DNA of 63,905 nt, counting the filler, from Folioceros fuciformis (taxonomy: Eukaryota): assembly GCA_049999805.1 (NCBI GenBank). It is 5 parts of 5 records of this genome, joined end to end, with 100 filler letters (N's around TTAATTAATTAA, not from the genome) between each part and the next. Parts side by side here need not be neighbours in the genome. Positions count along the whole stretch, not along the records: positions 1 to 17,472 come from JBNGIO010006129.1; positions 17,573 to 40,188 come from JBNGIO010006130.1; 3 more parts are not named here. The stretch is one strand, 5' to 3'. Below the pieces are notes generated by a model. It saw nothing but the letters and a program-made list of their open reading frames with translations, did not search any database and was not told where the DNA came from. This document shows, piece by piece, positions 13,089 to 24,415 of the stretch. The translations under genes were made by a program, and so were the position numbers. Numbering within the stretch: the first letter of the stretch is position 1; every line of letters starts with the position of its first letter.

Positions 13089-15595
13089 ATGGCAAGGAAT
13101 CCGAAGAAGAAGAAAGTGCGAAAATCCCAGATAGAACCTTCGGAGCCGGCTCAGCGTGCTTCTGCGGCGTTGCCTCCGACGGAGGAGCAGGCTAAGGTCA
13201 TTTTTAGTGTGATTTCTGAAACCTCGTGCTCTTGGCTTGGGACAGCGCGCACAGGAGCTGATGATGGGGTTGGGAAACAGGTGTGGCAGCCGGGAGTCGA
13301 TGGAATTGAGGAAGGAGAGGAATTGCAGTTTGATCCGACTGCGTATGACTGCTTGCACGGATTTCAGCTGGGATGGCCGTGTCTCAGGTCAGTTTTGCGT
13401 GGACGGGCCAGGGCATGTTGTGTTCGCGTATTACCTGCTTGCGGTGGTAGGCTGAGGGGTGAAGGTTTCTGAATTGTTTCATTTACAGCTTTGATATTGT
13501 GCGGGATTCACTTGGCGTCGAGAGGACGGAATTTCCTCATACAGCGTTTATTGTAGCAGGCACGCAGGTTTTCATCTTGCAACACGTTGCCGGGGTTGTT
13601 TGTGAGTTATTGTTTCCAAGGTTGTTGCTGACTGGTGGCTTTCACAGGCGGACATCGCCTCCAACAATTTTCTTTCTGTTGTGAGGCTGTCTAACTTAAC
13701 GGGTAAAAGGCAACGACAAGCAGTTTCTAGGGATGGTGAAAGTGAGAGTGAGAGTGATAGTGACGATGACGATGAGGATGTGTCCATGGACCCGCAGTCT
13801 TCGTCCAATAGTTCCAAGAGGCCTTCTCTGCAGGCACGGTTTGCCACTTCTGATGTGTTATGAATATTCTCGTCCCATGTTTGTGGCTTGTTATCGCAGC
13901 TGCGGTTGGCATGTGTGAGCTTGTTGTGAGGAGGAAGTGACAGCTTTTTGATTGCAGTTCCGGAGGATAGCACACCAGGGCGGTGTCAACCGTGTTCGAT
14001 CAATGCCACAGCGCCCTCACATTTGTGCAAGCTGGGCAGACACGGGCTATGTGCAGGTAGCCTTCACCACACACATTGTATCTAGTCTTTGCACGGAGGG
14101 TTTCGTGATTTTGCACCAGAATAAGCTCGCGGGATCTCTGCAGGTTTGGGATGTGGCTAATCATCTGCGAGCGCTGTCAGATATTACTCCAGACACGAAC
14201 ACAACTTCCAGTGCCATTCTTCGGCAAGCACCCTTACATATTTTCACAGGTCATCGACATGAGGGCTTTGCCGTAGACTGGTCACCTGTCACTCCTGGAC
14301 GACTTTTGACAGGTTGGTTAGCAGCTTTCTCATCCTCATGCCTTTGTCTCGCCCACGAAAGATAGAGAGGGGATCGTCTAACATCATCGTCTGCTTTTAT
14401 CAGGTGATTGCAATGCAGGTCTTTTTTTGTGGGAACCTTCCCCTGACGGAAAATGGGTTGTTGATAAGACTCCATTTGGAGGTCACTCCAAAAGTATTGA
14501 GGACATACAGGTGAGGTTGGGGTCCCTGTTAGACAGCACTTGCATGTGTTCTCGAAATCGAAGGCTGTCCTGCACCTGTCCGCAGTCCATTTATGTCAGC
14601 ATTCTGTTGATCATTGATGGCAGTGGAGTCCAACGGAGGCAGATGTCTTTGCTTCCTGCTCAGTTGATAAGACCCTAAGGATTTGGGATACACGGGAACG
14701 CAGAAAATCAGCCTTTGACATAAAAGCGCATGATACGGATGTGAATGTGATCTCTTGGAACAGGTAGGCAGGTTCCTGTTGTGCAGTTCTTTACCATCTG
14801 TGCCCCACGCGGTGTGTGCATCTGTGCTGGAGTCTTCCTCATCTAATGTATGTAAGGTGGCAATGAAGGACTGCGAGCTGCATGATAGCCTCTGGGAGTG
14901 ACGATGGAACTTTCCGCATCTGGGATCTCAGATGTATAAAGGTCGGGTTAGAAATGCCGAGGCTCTTTTGATTGTTCTTGCTCCCACACTGCACCGCGTT
15001 GTGGGTGCAATGGTGACCTGTGCAGTTTAAGATTGCTATTTGTCTGTGCAGGAAACTCCATTGATCGCACACTTCAAATATCATTCAAGATCTATTACAT
15101 CTATTGAATGGAGTCCTGTCGAGTCTTCTATGCTGGCAGTCACTTCTGAAGACAACCAGCTAACGTAATCCAAGCCACTCCCAGTGCAATTTGCTTGTAT
15201 CCGCAGTACCTCGTTTGTCGGTCTTTACCCTTATTCGAATCCCGTCGGATTTCAGGGTCTGGGATTTGGCTTTGGAGCGCGATGTTGAAGAGGAGGCAGA
15301 ATTTCAGTCACAGCTGTGTAAACAGCAAGCCAAGGCCCCCGAGGACTTGCCTCCACAATTGCTGTTTGTTCACCTGGTAAGTGGGTTCAGATGATGGGAT
15401 GGAATTACTGCAAAAAAATGAGCCGCAGTTGCGGTAACTTTTGTATTGAATGGCCTTTGTCTGTTGTTTCAGGGGCAGAAAGAATTGAAAGAGGTGCATT
15501 GGCACCCGCAAATTAGGGGAATGCTTGTATCAACGGCCGGGGATGGTTTTAATGTCTTGAGGCCCTCCAACCTGGATAACTTGCCCACCATCTGA
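13089..15595 (+). CDS. Glutamate-rich WD40 protein, GRWD1/RRB1 (HTD1-like), about 12 exons
   Basis: VWQPGVDGIEEGEELQFDPTAYDCLH...WPCLSFDI, an acidic tract, AHQGGVNRVRSM, HRHEGFAVDWSP, EDIQWSPTE, HDTDVNVISWN, EDLPPQLLFVH, ELKEVHWHPQI. Stop TGA at 15593-15595. Confidence 0.93.
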
Positions 15596-16232
15596 AGTGG
15601 GCGGGGGCCCACTGCCAGCCGTGGGCAAATTTTTGGGTTGTTTCCGATATCTGAAGTTGAGAAATATCTACTGTAATCCGAGCAGATCGGTACTTACGGC
15701 GCCAATTGGATTTGATGCCCACCACCAAGGTTGCCCCACCAAGATATGGTGCACACAAGGTGGACAGGGTGAATTTCAATGGACGGCCACGACAAGACTT
15801 GGCGAGTAAAGATGCAGTGATGTGAAATTTGAAAGAGATTGCGTTTGCGTATCGAATTTTCTTCCGTCAACTTTGGCATACGGATGCGATTGCGAAAATG
15901 AGCCGCTTTGCTGAAAACGAGTGGCTGCCGCGCCGTAATCATGGCTGGAACCATCCACCATCGATATAGCAAGAATTCCAAGTGCTCCGCCGGAAACTGC
16001 CTGAATTTGGCGACGGGCGAGAGGGAGAACTCTCCTCCCCCTACGACGGAAGGCAGTTTTGAGAAATCGACGAGACATTACATAGTACATGGAGCTGCCG
16101 GCCTGGCAGCAAAGAATGACACGAGAAGAAATGGGTGGATATCGAACTCTTCTGATAAGACAGAAGCTCACATGGGACACACCCCAGCTTCCAGATCTGC
16201 AAGCAGCCGCAGACCACTCCAAACCTGTGCTC

Positions 16233-17410
16233 TCAGTTGCCCTTGACGTGTCTACTGACCTGGGGCTTCCTCATGGTGCGGCTGAAGGGCCCAACCTTGG
16301 GATCTGTAATGTACATGAAGATGACGTGCATCCAGGAAGTGTGGTGCGCCAAATGGTCATAAAATTCAGGTGCTATTTGACGCACCTTGTACAGCCTGCA
16401 GCCTGGGACCCTGGGAAAATCATGGTGCTCATTGTGGTAGCCCACATTCCAAGCCAGCATGTTGAGAGGACCGTAATAGGAATACGTCTCTTGGCCATCC
16501 GCAAACACGTAGTGCTCCGAGATGAAGTGGCCGGCAATGGGATGCATACCACCCCCAAGGAATGTGGACAGAATGAGATACATGAACGACCTCCAGCCAG
16601 CATAGTAGAGCAACCAGGCATCAAACGCCAGCTGCGCACATAAGTTGGCAGCCTCCCACAGCCCCGGAGTCTTGGGATTCATGAACAATGGCCGCAACGC
16701 ATAGAAGAAAAGCTGGAAAATGACCCACAACACCTTCATGAACATGTTGGTTACCACCCTGCCCTCAGTGTAGCTGGGAATATCCATATCGTATCCCTCT
16801 ACCCCCTGATACCTGTGATGCTCCAGATGATACTTTTGAAACGTGACCGACATCGGAATCCCGATGGGAAGGTTGGCAAATACACCCAACACCCGGTTCC
16901 GAAACGGAGTCCGGAACGCCAGGTTGTGGCTGAGCTCGTGTATCGCCAGAAACAGGTTGTGATTCAGAAACGCCCCGAACACGTAGGCCACGGCCACCAG
17001 CACTGGCCAGCTCGCATTGCGGCAGAAGACGGCAGTACATACTTGCAGAAGCACCACAGCTACGATCTGCACCCACGCCCCGGACCCGGCATCAGATCCT
17101 CAAGTCCAAGACATGCAAAGCACCCAGATTCCTCACAGACACCACCCTTGCCTTCCTGACCTTTCCCGCATTGCAATGCCGCATTGCACCAAGACCTAAG
17201 GCGGCATGCGGCATTGTGGTTCAATGCGTCACGGGCAGCTGCAACAGGCAAGAGACGGAAGGAAGCGTCCCCTACCTTTGGACAGGCCCACGGATCTGGG
17301 CCGAAGAGCTCCTTGATCTCGGGATGCGCTGCCAGAATCTGCTTCCTCCTGGTGGCGTGCGGTTCATCGGTTTCGGTCCAGTGGAAATCGCTGCGCGCCG
17401 ATTGAACCAT
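16233..17410 (-). CDS. DES1: Sphingolipid delta(4)-desaturase (DES1-like), exons 17410-17276 and 17066-16233
   Basis: [20 protein letters not shown]-terminus and histidine boxes HELSH, HLEHH, HNEHH. One GT-AG intron gives a 322-aa protein. Confidence 0.95.
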
Positions 17411-17472
17411 TGCGTCTACAGCCCAGCCTCGCCAAACGCAGGCGGCGGCGTCTCTCCTGGTGACAAACTGGG

Positions 17473-17572
17473 NNNNNNNNNNNNNNNNNNNNNNNNNNNN
17501 NNNNNNNNNNNNNNNNTTAATTAATTAANNNNNNNNNNNNNNNNNNNNNNNNNNNNNNNNNNNNNNNNNNNN
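17473..17572. other. Artificial scaffold-joining linker (N44-TTAATTAATTAA-N44)
   Basis: Palindromic all-frame stop linker centred in a 100-nt N block. Identical structure recurs four times. Confidence 0.95.
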
Positions 17573-18150
17573 AACCCTAAACCCTAAACCCTAAACCCTA
17601 AACCCTAAACCCTAAACCCTAAACCCTAAACCCTACACCCTAAACCCTACACCCTAAACCCTAAACCGTAAACCCTAACCCTATACCCTATACCCTATAC
17701 CCTATACCCTAAACCCTAAACCCTTAACCCTTAACCCTTAACCCTTCACGCTAAACCCTTAACCCTTAATCCTTAACCCTTAACGCTTAACCCTTCACCC
17801 TTAACCCTAACCCTTAACCCTTAACCGTAAGCCCTAAAAGTCCTAAAGCCTAAACCTCAATACCCGAAAACCTAAATCCTTAATCCTAAGCCCTAAAGTG
17901 CTCAACCCAACTCTTATTCCTAAAACCTAAGCCCTGATTCCTAAGTCCTAGAACCCGAAATTTGTCGAGTTCGTTTTTCTTCTAAACCCTTCATCCGTAA
18001 AGGCGAAATTCTTACATTCGTAAAAATCCTAAAACCTAAACCTAAAAACCTAAAACCTAAACCTAAAAGCTAAATCCTCCAACGCGGAACCCGCAATCCG
18101 TAGCCCTAGACCTTGATTCCTAATTCCGAATCCCGAATCCCGAATTCCGT
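17573..18150 (+). repeat. Telomeric repeat array (CCCTAAA)n grading into variant and degenerate subtelomeric repeats
   Basis: Eight perfect CCCTAAA at the scaffold start (17575-17630), then CCCTACA, CCCTATA and CCCTTAA blocks to about 17830, then degenerate CCTAAA-like units. The orientation is correct for a left chromosome end. Confidence 0.9.
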
Positions 18151-18612
18151 AATCCTAAATGTGCAACGGGAAAATAACGTAGCTAAATCCTGAACGGAAT
18201 GCCTCAAAGTGCGAGGTTTGGTTTGGTCTGGCTGTTCTTCTGCACTTGATCCATTCGCAGTCAAACATCCTGTAACATCGGAGCACTCAGAGTCCAGGGA
18301 AATAAGGGAATGCAATAATGCCCTTACCTTCCAACCACCAGCGCATGTTTACGCAAGCCTGCAGGAAGGACTCCTCAATCCGTTTCTGAACATGCTTTTA
18401 AAAACCTGGGATCTGTTAGTCACAGTCAGGGGGAACAAGGCAGGCTGCCTTGCTGTTCTAATTAGGCGTGGATGTATAGCGATTCTGAGCATGCACATAG
18501 CCATGCTAACGTTCCTTTGGGCTGCGGCACCGGAGCCACCTCGTATGGTGGTCATGCACAGTAACTGGGGCATCCTGGCGTAGACTCGCCTTTCAACAGC
18601 TGGACCTGAACG

Positions 18613-21012
18613 ATGGCCACAGTTCGCCAGGTACTGGACCTTGTGTGTACCCAACAAATTTCAATTAACATGCGTGCCAGGACTCCGCCGGAAGCTCCCG
18701 CTCGCCCCGTCTTGGGGAGTCAACCCATGGCAAGCAAAGCCTCCAGGAGCAGGGGTGTACTGAGTCCAGCGCTTCCACTTCCGGTGACTCGTGTGGGAAG
18801 GGACGGGTTTTCCACCGATGGTCGGTGCCAGGAGCAGGAGCACTTGTGGCAGCAATTTTTTCTGGACCCTTCCTTGTGGTTGGACAACAGACGAGATAAG
18901 AAGAGCTCGCATTGGCCTGACTTCCGGCGTAAAGGGTCCGATGAGGTTCTGTGGGTGAACAGCATGTTCAAACCAGATTGGGTTGATGAGCAGCTGGTTT
19001 CGTTGGATATGCTGATGGGTCGTGGTCCCTCTCCTTCCGAGTCCTCGTCTCCGGATAAGCCTCAACCTGACAGGCGTTCGGGATCGGACACGAGCGTCGT
19101 AACTGTTGCTACCGTGACGATGTTATGTCAGCAGGGGAGACTTTCTGAGGCCGTTGGTGCCCTGGAATCTCTGGCGCACACGCACTCTGCTGTTTCCCTG
19201 TCTATCTTCTGCACCTTGCTAAAACTCTGTACAGCCAAGAAGGATTTGGTCGTGGGGCGACGAGTTCACAATCTCAGCGTCAAACTTGGTTACGATTCGA
19301 TTCCATACGTGGGGAACCATATCCTGCGTATGTATGCAAGTGGGGACAGGCTAGAGGAGGCCATGGATGTGTTCACCAGAACAGGCAAGCCAGACGTTTT
19401 TGCCTGGTCTTCCATCATCTCTGCCCATGCTAAACATGGGAAATCTATCGAGGCAGTGAAACTGTACCACGAGATGGTTAGGTCAGGATTGAAGGCGGAT
19501 GCGCACGTCTTTGTAGCTGTGCTACAAGCCTGCGCGTTTGCTGGGGACTTGGAATCTGGCAGAAAAGTGCACTTGGATGTGGTGCAGAGCGGCATTCCCA
19601 CTAACTTGTTTGTTGGCAACTGCCTGGTGGACATGTATGCCAAATGTGGCAAAATGAAAGATGCACGCCATGTTTTTGACAGCATGGCCTCGAAGGATGT
19701 GGTGACATGGACGGTGCTGATTGCTGGGTATGCCAAATCTGGTGCACTGAAAGATGCACGCCAGATCTTTGACAGCATGGAGACGAAGAATGTGGTGACA
19801 TGGAATGCCCTGATAGCTGGGTATGCCCAGCAAGGGCTCGGTCATGAAGCGCTTGTTTTGCATGGACAAATGGAGCGGGAGGGCATCATTTTGGCTGACC
19901 ATGTTACTTTCGGTTGCCTTTTAAGAGCCTGTGCAAGCACGGGTGCCCTACAGAAGGGCATGCAACTGCACTCGCAGGCTGTCCAAAGGGGACTGCTGGA
20001 TGACGTTATGGTGGGCAACTGCCTGGTGGACATGTATGCCAAATGTGGCGAAGTGGAAGATGCGCGCCAGGTTTTCGACAGCATGGCCGCCAAGGATGTT
20101 GTGACGTGGAACGTCCTGATTGCTGGATATGGTGCTTGCGATGAAGGTTACAAGGCACTAGATTGTTTTGAGGAGATGTTAGTTGCCGGAGTTCAGCCTA
20201 ATGATGCCACTTTTACTGGCCTTTTAGTAGCATGCAGTCACGGGGGACTGGTCCACGAGGGTCGCAATCACCTTCTTGCCATGGCACAACAGCATGGCAT
20301 CAATCCGTCTGTTGAGCATTACACGTGCATGATTGATGTCCTTGGGCGTGCTGGTCGTTTAGATGAAGCAAAGGAGATGTTGTTGTCATGTGAGGGCCAG
20401 ACTGATGTCGTGGCATTGACGACTTTGCTGAACGCCTGCAAGTGCCACGGGGACGTACAGGGGGCGAAGTGGTGTTTTGAGAGCATTGTGAAACTGGACC
20501 CTCAGCAGGCGTCTGCATATTTGCTCATGGCCAGGACGTTTGCGGATGCAGGTAGGTGGGCTGATGTAGATAGGATTGAAACACTGCGGATGGCAGCAGG
20601 AGCTAACAAGAAACCTGCAGTGGTGACTATTGAGGTGAATAAGGAGGTACATAGATTTGTGGTGGGAGAACGGAGAGACGATATTGCGTTCAAGGTAGAG
20701 AGCACGAATGCACGTGTGAAGCGTGAAGGGGGCCATGTACCTCACACAAAGCTGGTGTTAAAGCCAGTTTGTGAGAAGGAAAAGGAAGATGCTCTTTGTG
20801 GGCATGCTGAGAAGTTAGCTCTGGCGTTTGGTCTCTTGAACACTCCGAATGGGACACCTCTGGTGGTAACGAAGAATCTTCGCATGTGTAGCGACTGCCA
20901 CAGTTCCACGGAGATCATTTCAAAGCTCGAACAGAGAAACATTGTTGTCAGAGATGGGTACCGTGTGCATCGATTTGCAAACGGTGGTTGCACTTGTGAC
21001 GGTCGACCGTGA
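18613..21012 (+). CDS. PLS-class PPR protein with DYW:KP (GRP-type) domain and N-terminal PDF-like motif; candidate U-to-C editing factor
   Basis: Intronless 799-aa ORF with about 12 P/L/S motifs and E1/E2, then KKPAVVTIEVNKEVHRF, HAEKLA, CSDCH and terminal CTCDGRP. Confidence 0.93.
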   Translation: MATVRQVLDLVCTQQISINMRARTPPEAPARPVLGSQPMASKASRSRGVLSPALPLPVTRVGRDGFSTDGRCQEQEHLWQQFFLDPSLWLDNRRDKKSSHWPDFRRKGSDEVLWVNSMFKPDWVDEQLVSLDMLMGRGPSPSESSSPDKPQPDRRSGSDTSVVTVATVTMLCQQGRLSEAVGALESLAHTHSAVSLSIFCTLLKLCTAKKDLVVGRRVHNLSVKLGYDSIPYVGNHILRMYASGDRLEEAMDVFTRTGKPDVFAWSSIISAHAKHGKSIEAVKLYHEMVRSGLKADAHVFVAVLQACAFAGDLESGRKVHLDVVQSGIPTNLFVGNCLVDMYAKCGKMKDARHVFDSMASKDVVTWTVLIAGYAKSGALKDARQIFDSMETKNVVTWNALIAGYAQQGLGHEALVLHGQMEREGIILADHVTFGCLLRACASTGALQKGMQLHSQAVQRGLLDDVMVGNCLVDMYAKCGEVEDARQVFDSMAAKDVVTWNVLIAGYGACDEGYKALDCFEEMLVAGVQPNDATFTGLLVACSHGGLVHEGRNHLLAMAQQHGINPSVEHYTCMIDVLGRAGRLDEAKEMLLSCEGQTDVVALTTLLNACKCHGDVQGAKWCFESIVKLDPQQASAYLLMARTFADAGRWADVDRIETLRMAAGANKKPAVVTIEVNKEVHRFVVGERRDDIAFKVESTNARVKREGGHVPHTKLVLKPVCEKEKEDALCGHAEKLALAFGLLNTPNGTPLVVTKNLRMCSDCHSSTEIISKLEQRNIVVRDGYRVHRFANGGCTCDGRP

Positions 21013-21489
21013 AACGGGAAGGGAAGGGAACGTTTGACGACCGAACTACAACTACTGAGACGTGGACATGAATGGGTGGGCATGGATGCCCAACACTCAC
21101 CCTTGCACAGCTCATCCATACGTAAGCTACAAAAAATGTTGTCCGTCTTAAAACAGAGAAAATGGCAAATGGGCACTGTAGTAAAATGCTTGGAAACTTG
21201 GCAAGCATTGCTTTGTATGGTGCTCCCCCTTACCTCCTTGCTTCTTTTACAACGCCTTAGTCTGTTTGTTTGTGGATTGCATCCCCTCGTCCTTTCTGCA
21301 CCCTTGATCACCGGAGAAAGACAAGGGGCTAAACAAACATGAATTCCTAACACTCATCCTTGCACATCTCAACGTTGGCTTCATTATCTGGCAGTGGCAA
21401 CTGGCTACATAATATTCCGGGTGCTACAACTGAATTTAATGTTCTAATTCTGCTTCTAGTTGTTTGAAAGGCTGTTGGATCCCCTCTTC

Positions 21490-22190
21490 AACCTTCTCTT
21501 CAATCGGCTGTCCAGATATCATTCAGTTTCCAGGAGCTGTTGGATCGGCTGTTCACTCCCTGTTCAATTACCATTTCGCTCTTCAGCTGTCCACTCTCCA
21601 GGATGTGTTCAATCTACTGTTATTGTTCTTCCTGAATTGCTACATCCCGCGGTAGCTGGTGGCTAGGAACAAGTTGTTGTTCTTGGTTGCAATTCTCGAC
21701 TCTCTTGCGCCCTCGACTTGACTGGTGTTGCGGGTGTTGTAGCGAACCTGGCTGGGATTGTACCTGACTGTGTTATTTGGGAATGGTACTGGGACTGCAC
21801 CGGTACTGGGACTCCACCTTGTCCTGTTCTTGCCCATCACCTACTTTCTCTTCAATCTGCTGTCAACATGTCACGTCAGTCTCCAGGAGCGGTTGGATCG
21901 GCTGTTCACTCCCTTGTTCGTTTTCCATTTCGCTCTTCAGCTGTTCACTCTCTAGGATGTGTCCAATCTCCTGTTCTTGTTCTTCCTGAATTGCTACATT
22001 CTGCTGTTGCTGGTGGCGAGGGACAATTTGTTGTTCTTAGTTACAATTCTCGAATCTCTTGCCCTTAAGACTTGACTGGTATTGCGGGTATTGTAGCGAA
22101 CCTGGCTGGGATTGTACCTGACAGGTTTCTTGGGAATGGTACTGGGACGGCACCTGAGCCTGGGCCTAGGCCTGGTCCCGTTCTTGCCTA
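21490..22190. repeat. Tandem duplication (about 353-bp unit) within a decayed Q/E-rich minus-strand ORF, probably transposon-derived
   Basis: caggagc..ttggatcggctgttcactccc begins at 21531 and 21884, and the units stay alignable through gcgaacctggctgggattgtacctgac. Confidence 0.75.
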
Positions 22191-23169
22191 CGCCCGTCAC
22201 GATGCTTTTTGTCCAGTGGCTGGTGGTGCAACTGTTGTTTCAGCCGACCACAGGTCAGACTTGGCTGGCCTTGTGGCACGTCTTGTTGTTTCGCAAAAAG
22301 CTGAGTCCAGAATTTGCTGATATCTTAACTGATCATCATGGCGCGCGTAGGCGTGCTGCTGATGGTACTGGTGCTTCATGTGATTCAGAAGTCGTTGTTG
22401 TTGGTGTGGGTGTTTCTGTTTTTGCTTTTGGTGTTGTCGTTGTTGTAACAGTTGTTCATACCACAGTAATTGCTGCTGCAGTCGGTGTTTGTGGAGTTGT
22501 TGGTGTAACTCTTGTTCATGCCACTGCTGACATTGTTGGCATTGATGTTACATACAATGTTGCTGCTGGCGATGGTTTAAGTGGAGTTGGTTCAACTATG
22601 CATGTTTCAGGCCAAAAAATAATCATCGGAATGGCACTCGATCACCTGCCGGACTTTGTTTCCGAAGTTAGTGGAATATTTATTTTTTTAATAAATGGTT
22701 GTTTTTGACAACCCTAAGTTCTTTGCAGTAAAAGACATGCCAGATCACTAGGCGAACATAACAGAATCACGGCAAGGACAATTCGTTTGGTCACTTGGCG
22801 AATAGAACAGAATAACAGCAAGGACAATTCAAGATCCGGTGTACCTGTCATCATGCACGAGGGGAGAGAAGGCATAATTGTCCTGGACGGTTGCAGGCGT
22901 ACCAGAGCTACCGTGCAGGCATACCAGAGCTATCCAGCTTAAGTTTTTATGGGAGGGGAGGCATAATGTCCTGGACTGTTGCACGCGTACCAAAGCTACC
23001 GAGCATAAGTTTTTACTCTGGCGTACTCTCGTCACTACGCCCCACTCCCTCCTCTCCCTCCTGCCACTCCGCCTGAGAACATTCCAACACTCTCACACCC
23101 CTCCATCTTCTTGCTTCCTCCACTCCGTTTTTAGTTGCTCACTTCATCCTTCTTTGCTTCTCGCTCCCG

Positions 23170-23960
23170 ATGGCGATTTCCCTCCTTCGACGTGTTGCTA
23201 TTAGCACTCTCCTTCTTCCTCCTTTTCCATCTCCCAGGGCTCCTCCTCCATGGCACCAGGACAATCCATCAAGGTCGGCAACTCCCAGAAGCTCAACAAG
23301 GAGAAAATGTAGCTGCGCTCCTACCCCAACTTTGCACCTTAAATAGCAACAGTAGGTGATCTTATAGAACAGTGGGAGCTGGGGACCTTTCAATTCCCAT
23401 AGGGCATCAACTGAACAGTGGTCGTTCAAGAATTTGCTCGGATTGTGTTGCGTTGCACCTTGAGCAAGCCGGAGTCCTCAAGAATTCAGGGATAATCCCA
23501 TGTTGTGTATTGTCCAGATGATGCGAAAGGTCTACTAGCGTCCGGTGGAGGAACGTGGAGGCTCTACGTCAACTTTCAGCGAAATAAGGAGTTCGTGAGG
23601 AGGCGGCAACAGCACTCCTGACAACAAACTCCACCAAGACCACCAAAGGGTGGCTGATTCATGATATCACGGACTTGAGAATGAGCGAAGTGGCCCGACT
23701 CATTGTTAATTGGCTGCTGGTGACCAAGATCGACCATGTAGCAAACGGAGTTCTACTATTACTCTACGAATTGGCACAGAACCCCAGTGGATTGGGGGAA
23801 GGTAGTTGCACATTGGATACAGTCCAATGATAGAAAGCTCAGACATGAGAAGCCACGTGCCTCAAGTCTCTTCCCCTTCCTGTTTCACATTTGGGACCAC
23901 TATAAGGTTATTACGGATTTAGAGAAAGCATCACTTTCTTGGTTGCCTCCAATTCGAGGT
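23170..23960 (+). pseudogene. Decayed retroelement-associated accessory ORF, copy A
   Basis: Fragments QWSFKN, EFRDNP, KGWLIHDI, DWGKVVAHWI, SSLFPFLFHIWDHY align by eye with ORFs at 26450-26869 and 30920-31419. Confidence 0.5.
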
Positions 23961-24415
23961 GATTTGCGGAAGCATTTCAACAAAGTTTTAGTGCTTTTTT
24001 AATTGATTCAATTGATTGCAAGAGGTGGGCTTTTATAGCCTTTTATAGCTTTTTTTACGTCTTCGGTACCAAATACCAAAGAGTATAACCACACTATGTT
24101 AAACTAAGCTAACCATAACCAATGTGGTCTGTAATTCTAACTCTCCCTCTCAGACCAGTTGGGAAATCTAATCAAAGAACTAATAATCATTTGCTGCTAG
24201 AGTATTATATAAGTACTAGAATCTAATCAAACAACTAATAATCATTTGCTGCTAGAGTATTATATAAGTACTAGAATCTAAGTTATTATCTACATTATCT
24301 ATATTATATAAGTACTAGACTCACCGATCGTCATTGGTCGCAAATAAGATTGAAGCAAGCGGTCTACAATAACAGTCAACTTCAAATAACTAAACATTAT
24401 GAGATAAGATGTACC

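Noticed and set aside
19290-20745. Antisense ORFs over the PPR genes (also 50135-54078 and 57371-60293)
   Set aside because: Shadow frames of the repetitive PPR coding strand.
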